A stretch of DNA of 64,000 bases, from positions 1,178,001 through 1,242,000 of the forward strand of contig JAYWIR010000025.1 of assembly GCA_036172245.1 (NCBI GenBank), in the 5' to 3' direction. The position numbers and the translations under genes are program-made. This DNA comes from Raillietiella orientalis. Its lineage: Eukaryota. This document shows positions 62,320 to 64,000 of the stretch, piece after piece. Below the pieces are notes generated by a model. It ran no database searches, had not been told where the DNA came from, and saw only the letters and a program-made list of their open reading frames with translations. The first letter of the stretch is position 1. Every line of letters begins with the position of its first letter.

Positions 62320-62780
62320 AGCAGATTCTTCCTGCCAGCTGCACGGGAATAGGAAGGATCCCAACTGTTCGTGGGGATCCTCCTACGGACGCAGGTACTT
62401 TCGAAGAAGCCATCTCGGGAGCGGAGACGGAAGCGAATCAACCCGCGTGGAATGAGGTTTTCACCCGCCCGCCCTCCTTCCCTCAGCTGCTCGTAAACAG
62501 CTGGGCCGATGTGCCCAGCTGAAGGCGAAGCGGGCGGGCATGGCTGCGCCTTCGCAATGCTCTCAGCAACATCTCGACCTTACGATCCCTTCGACGATGG
62601 AAGTTTCCTCGGAACCAAGGAAGGGATCGAGTGGTTTCACGCTCGGGGTGCTTGTCGGTGCGTAGGATTTTCCTCTATGCCACCCACGGCTCGACGCTCG
62701 ACGTTCCGAAAGAAACTTCAAACACGGCGGGAATTTACGGGTTGTTGTTGTGACGTTGCGACCTATCCTTGAGGAACGAA
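62320..62780 (+). pseudogene. Decayed retrotransposon Gag/capsid-like sequence
   Basis: RIPTVRGDPPTDAGTFEEAISGAETEANQPAWNE (~+P.F.G....+..F...+E..A....W), QL-GEA-AW (~L.G.A..W), RRSTFRKKLQTRREF (~F....Q...E). Confidence 0.45.
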
Positions 62781-63099
62781 TGTGTCGTGGGTCCGTCGTG
62801 AAAAGCGTCCCAGAGCTCGTGAGTTTTGCTGAGAGTGGGGAGAAAAAAAAATCCCTTGCCGGCTTTCCCTCACCATCCTTGCTCCATCACTACGTTACCT
62901 GAAGTTGCACGATCATGAACGATAATTGGAAGTGCAGTTTTTCTCGAGCAGGAGGTTTGCATCTTTGCAAAAGACGGGTGGAAGATTCCTGCGCGTTCCC
63001 CTGGGGGCCGCGCAGAGCCCCTCCACGCCAAGCTGCACCGCATTTAGGAAAGACAGCAGCACTCGGCGAGTTTGAGCCAAATGGATGCGCTCTCGAGCG

Positions 63100-63800
63100 T
63101 TGAGAGGGAGAGCTTCAGAGAGGAATTATCTGCATCTGGTGACGACAGTTATCTGCGAAAATCAAACACCATCTCCAGGAGAGTCGCATTGCCGACGTAT
63201 CTCTGTCGAAGTGCTTTCAAGTGGGCTCATGGATGAGCTCAAATGAGCGCTTGTTTTCACAGAGCTCTTGTTTCTGCAGCTCTTTACACAAAAGATTTCA
63301 GGCGCATGCTGTGGTAGAGTGATGCTCAAGGTGGGATGCCGCGCCTGAAGAAGAGTAGCGGTGACGCAATCGCCTTTTGGAATGTCGCCGAAATCGATTC
63401 TTTTCCAAAGTTCATCCGTCTCTCCAGCAGTTCGTTTTTCCCAGGAAAGCAAGGATTCGCTCACCATCCGTGTGGGGAAAGCAAGATGCAGTTGCTGAGG
63501 CGCACGTCGTAGCGAGACGATCAATCACGGCACTGTTATATGCTTTAGGAGCAGCCCATGTTGAATGCGAAGTGCGGATTGAAGCGCGGTTTTTGCTGTG
63601 TTGGGTTTGGGGCAGGTCTTCTTGCAACCTTTGCAGCCCAGTTTCAGCGGCAAACCTGACAGACTGTTGAGATGGACGTTCAGACGCAGGAGGAAGAGGA
63701 CAAACTCGCACGTGAGATGCAGATCAGCGAAGCGCGCTGGCGGGTTTTCTGCTCAGCCTGGAGTGGTGGTTCGAAATCGGGATGGGCGAAGAGAATCCTC
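63100..63800 (-). mobile_element. LINE RT fragment (domains 2-5)
   Basis: PKAYNSA, ERILAFLG, GDIPKGDCVTATLL (~G+PQG.+LSP.L), IFADNC at ~63162-63145. Confidence 0.6.
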
Positions 63801-64000
63801 CAGATTCGACCGGATGAACGTCCCTCAGGAAGGAGCAAGGGTTTTCTCTCTCGTACACTTTATGTATTTGTATCCAACGAGTTTAGCACATCACTGGTAT
63901 CGTTCCATGTAGTCCTGCGCATGCTCTTCGGGATGCAGCTACCTTTACCCGGAACTGTCTGATGCGCACCGTGTTGAAAAACGATACTAAATACGAAACA

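Noticed and set aside
1..64000. tRNA, rRNA, retron, group II intron or DGR systems
   Set aside because: No cloverleaf or rRNA signatures were seen. All RT motifs are eukaryotic non-LTR type and disrupted.

Overview
This is eukaryotic DNA, probably from an invertebrate (inferred from the transposon mix and the retained CpGs; the species cannot be identified). It is almost wall-to-wall old, decayed non-LTR retrotransposon (LINE) ORF2 fragments on both strands: RTE-like, CR1/Jockey-like and L1/Tx1-like, recognisable only as broken APE-endonuclease, RT and CCHC motifs spread across frames. I found no intact host gene, RNA gene, CRISPR array or prokaryotic feature, and most ORFs in the track are antisense or frame-hopping artefacts of these relics. 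Non-LINE items are: a decayed DDE transposase (~3.7-4.8 kb), a palindromic AT-rich MITE-like element (~39.65-40.0 kb), several near-perfect fold-back hairpins resembling templated-insertion repair scars, and a GC-rich island (~58.6-62.8 kb) holding a 91-bp duplication, a ~50-bp tandem repeat, splice-like signals, a possible BEN domain and a Gag-like relic. Relic boundaries are approximate (+/-100-200 bp). Family calls come from by-eye motif recognition; no database search was run. I cannot support a confident claim of a new biological system; the GC-rich island and the fold-back scars are the best leads.
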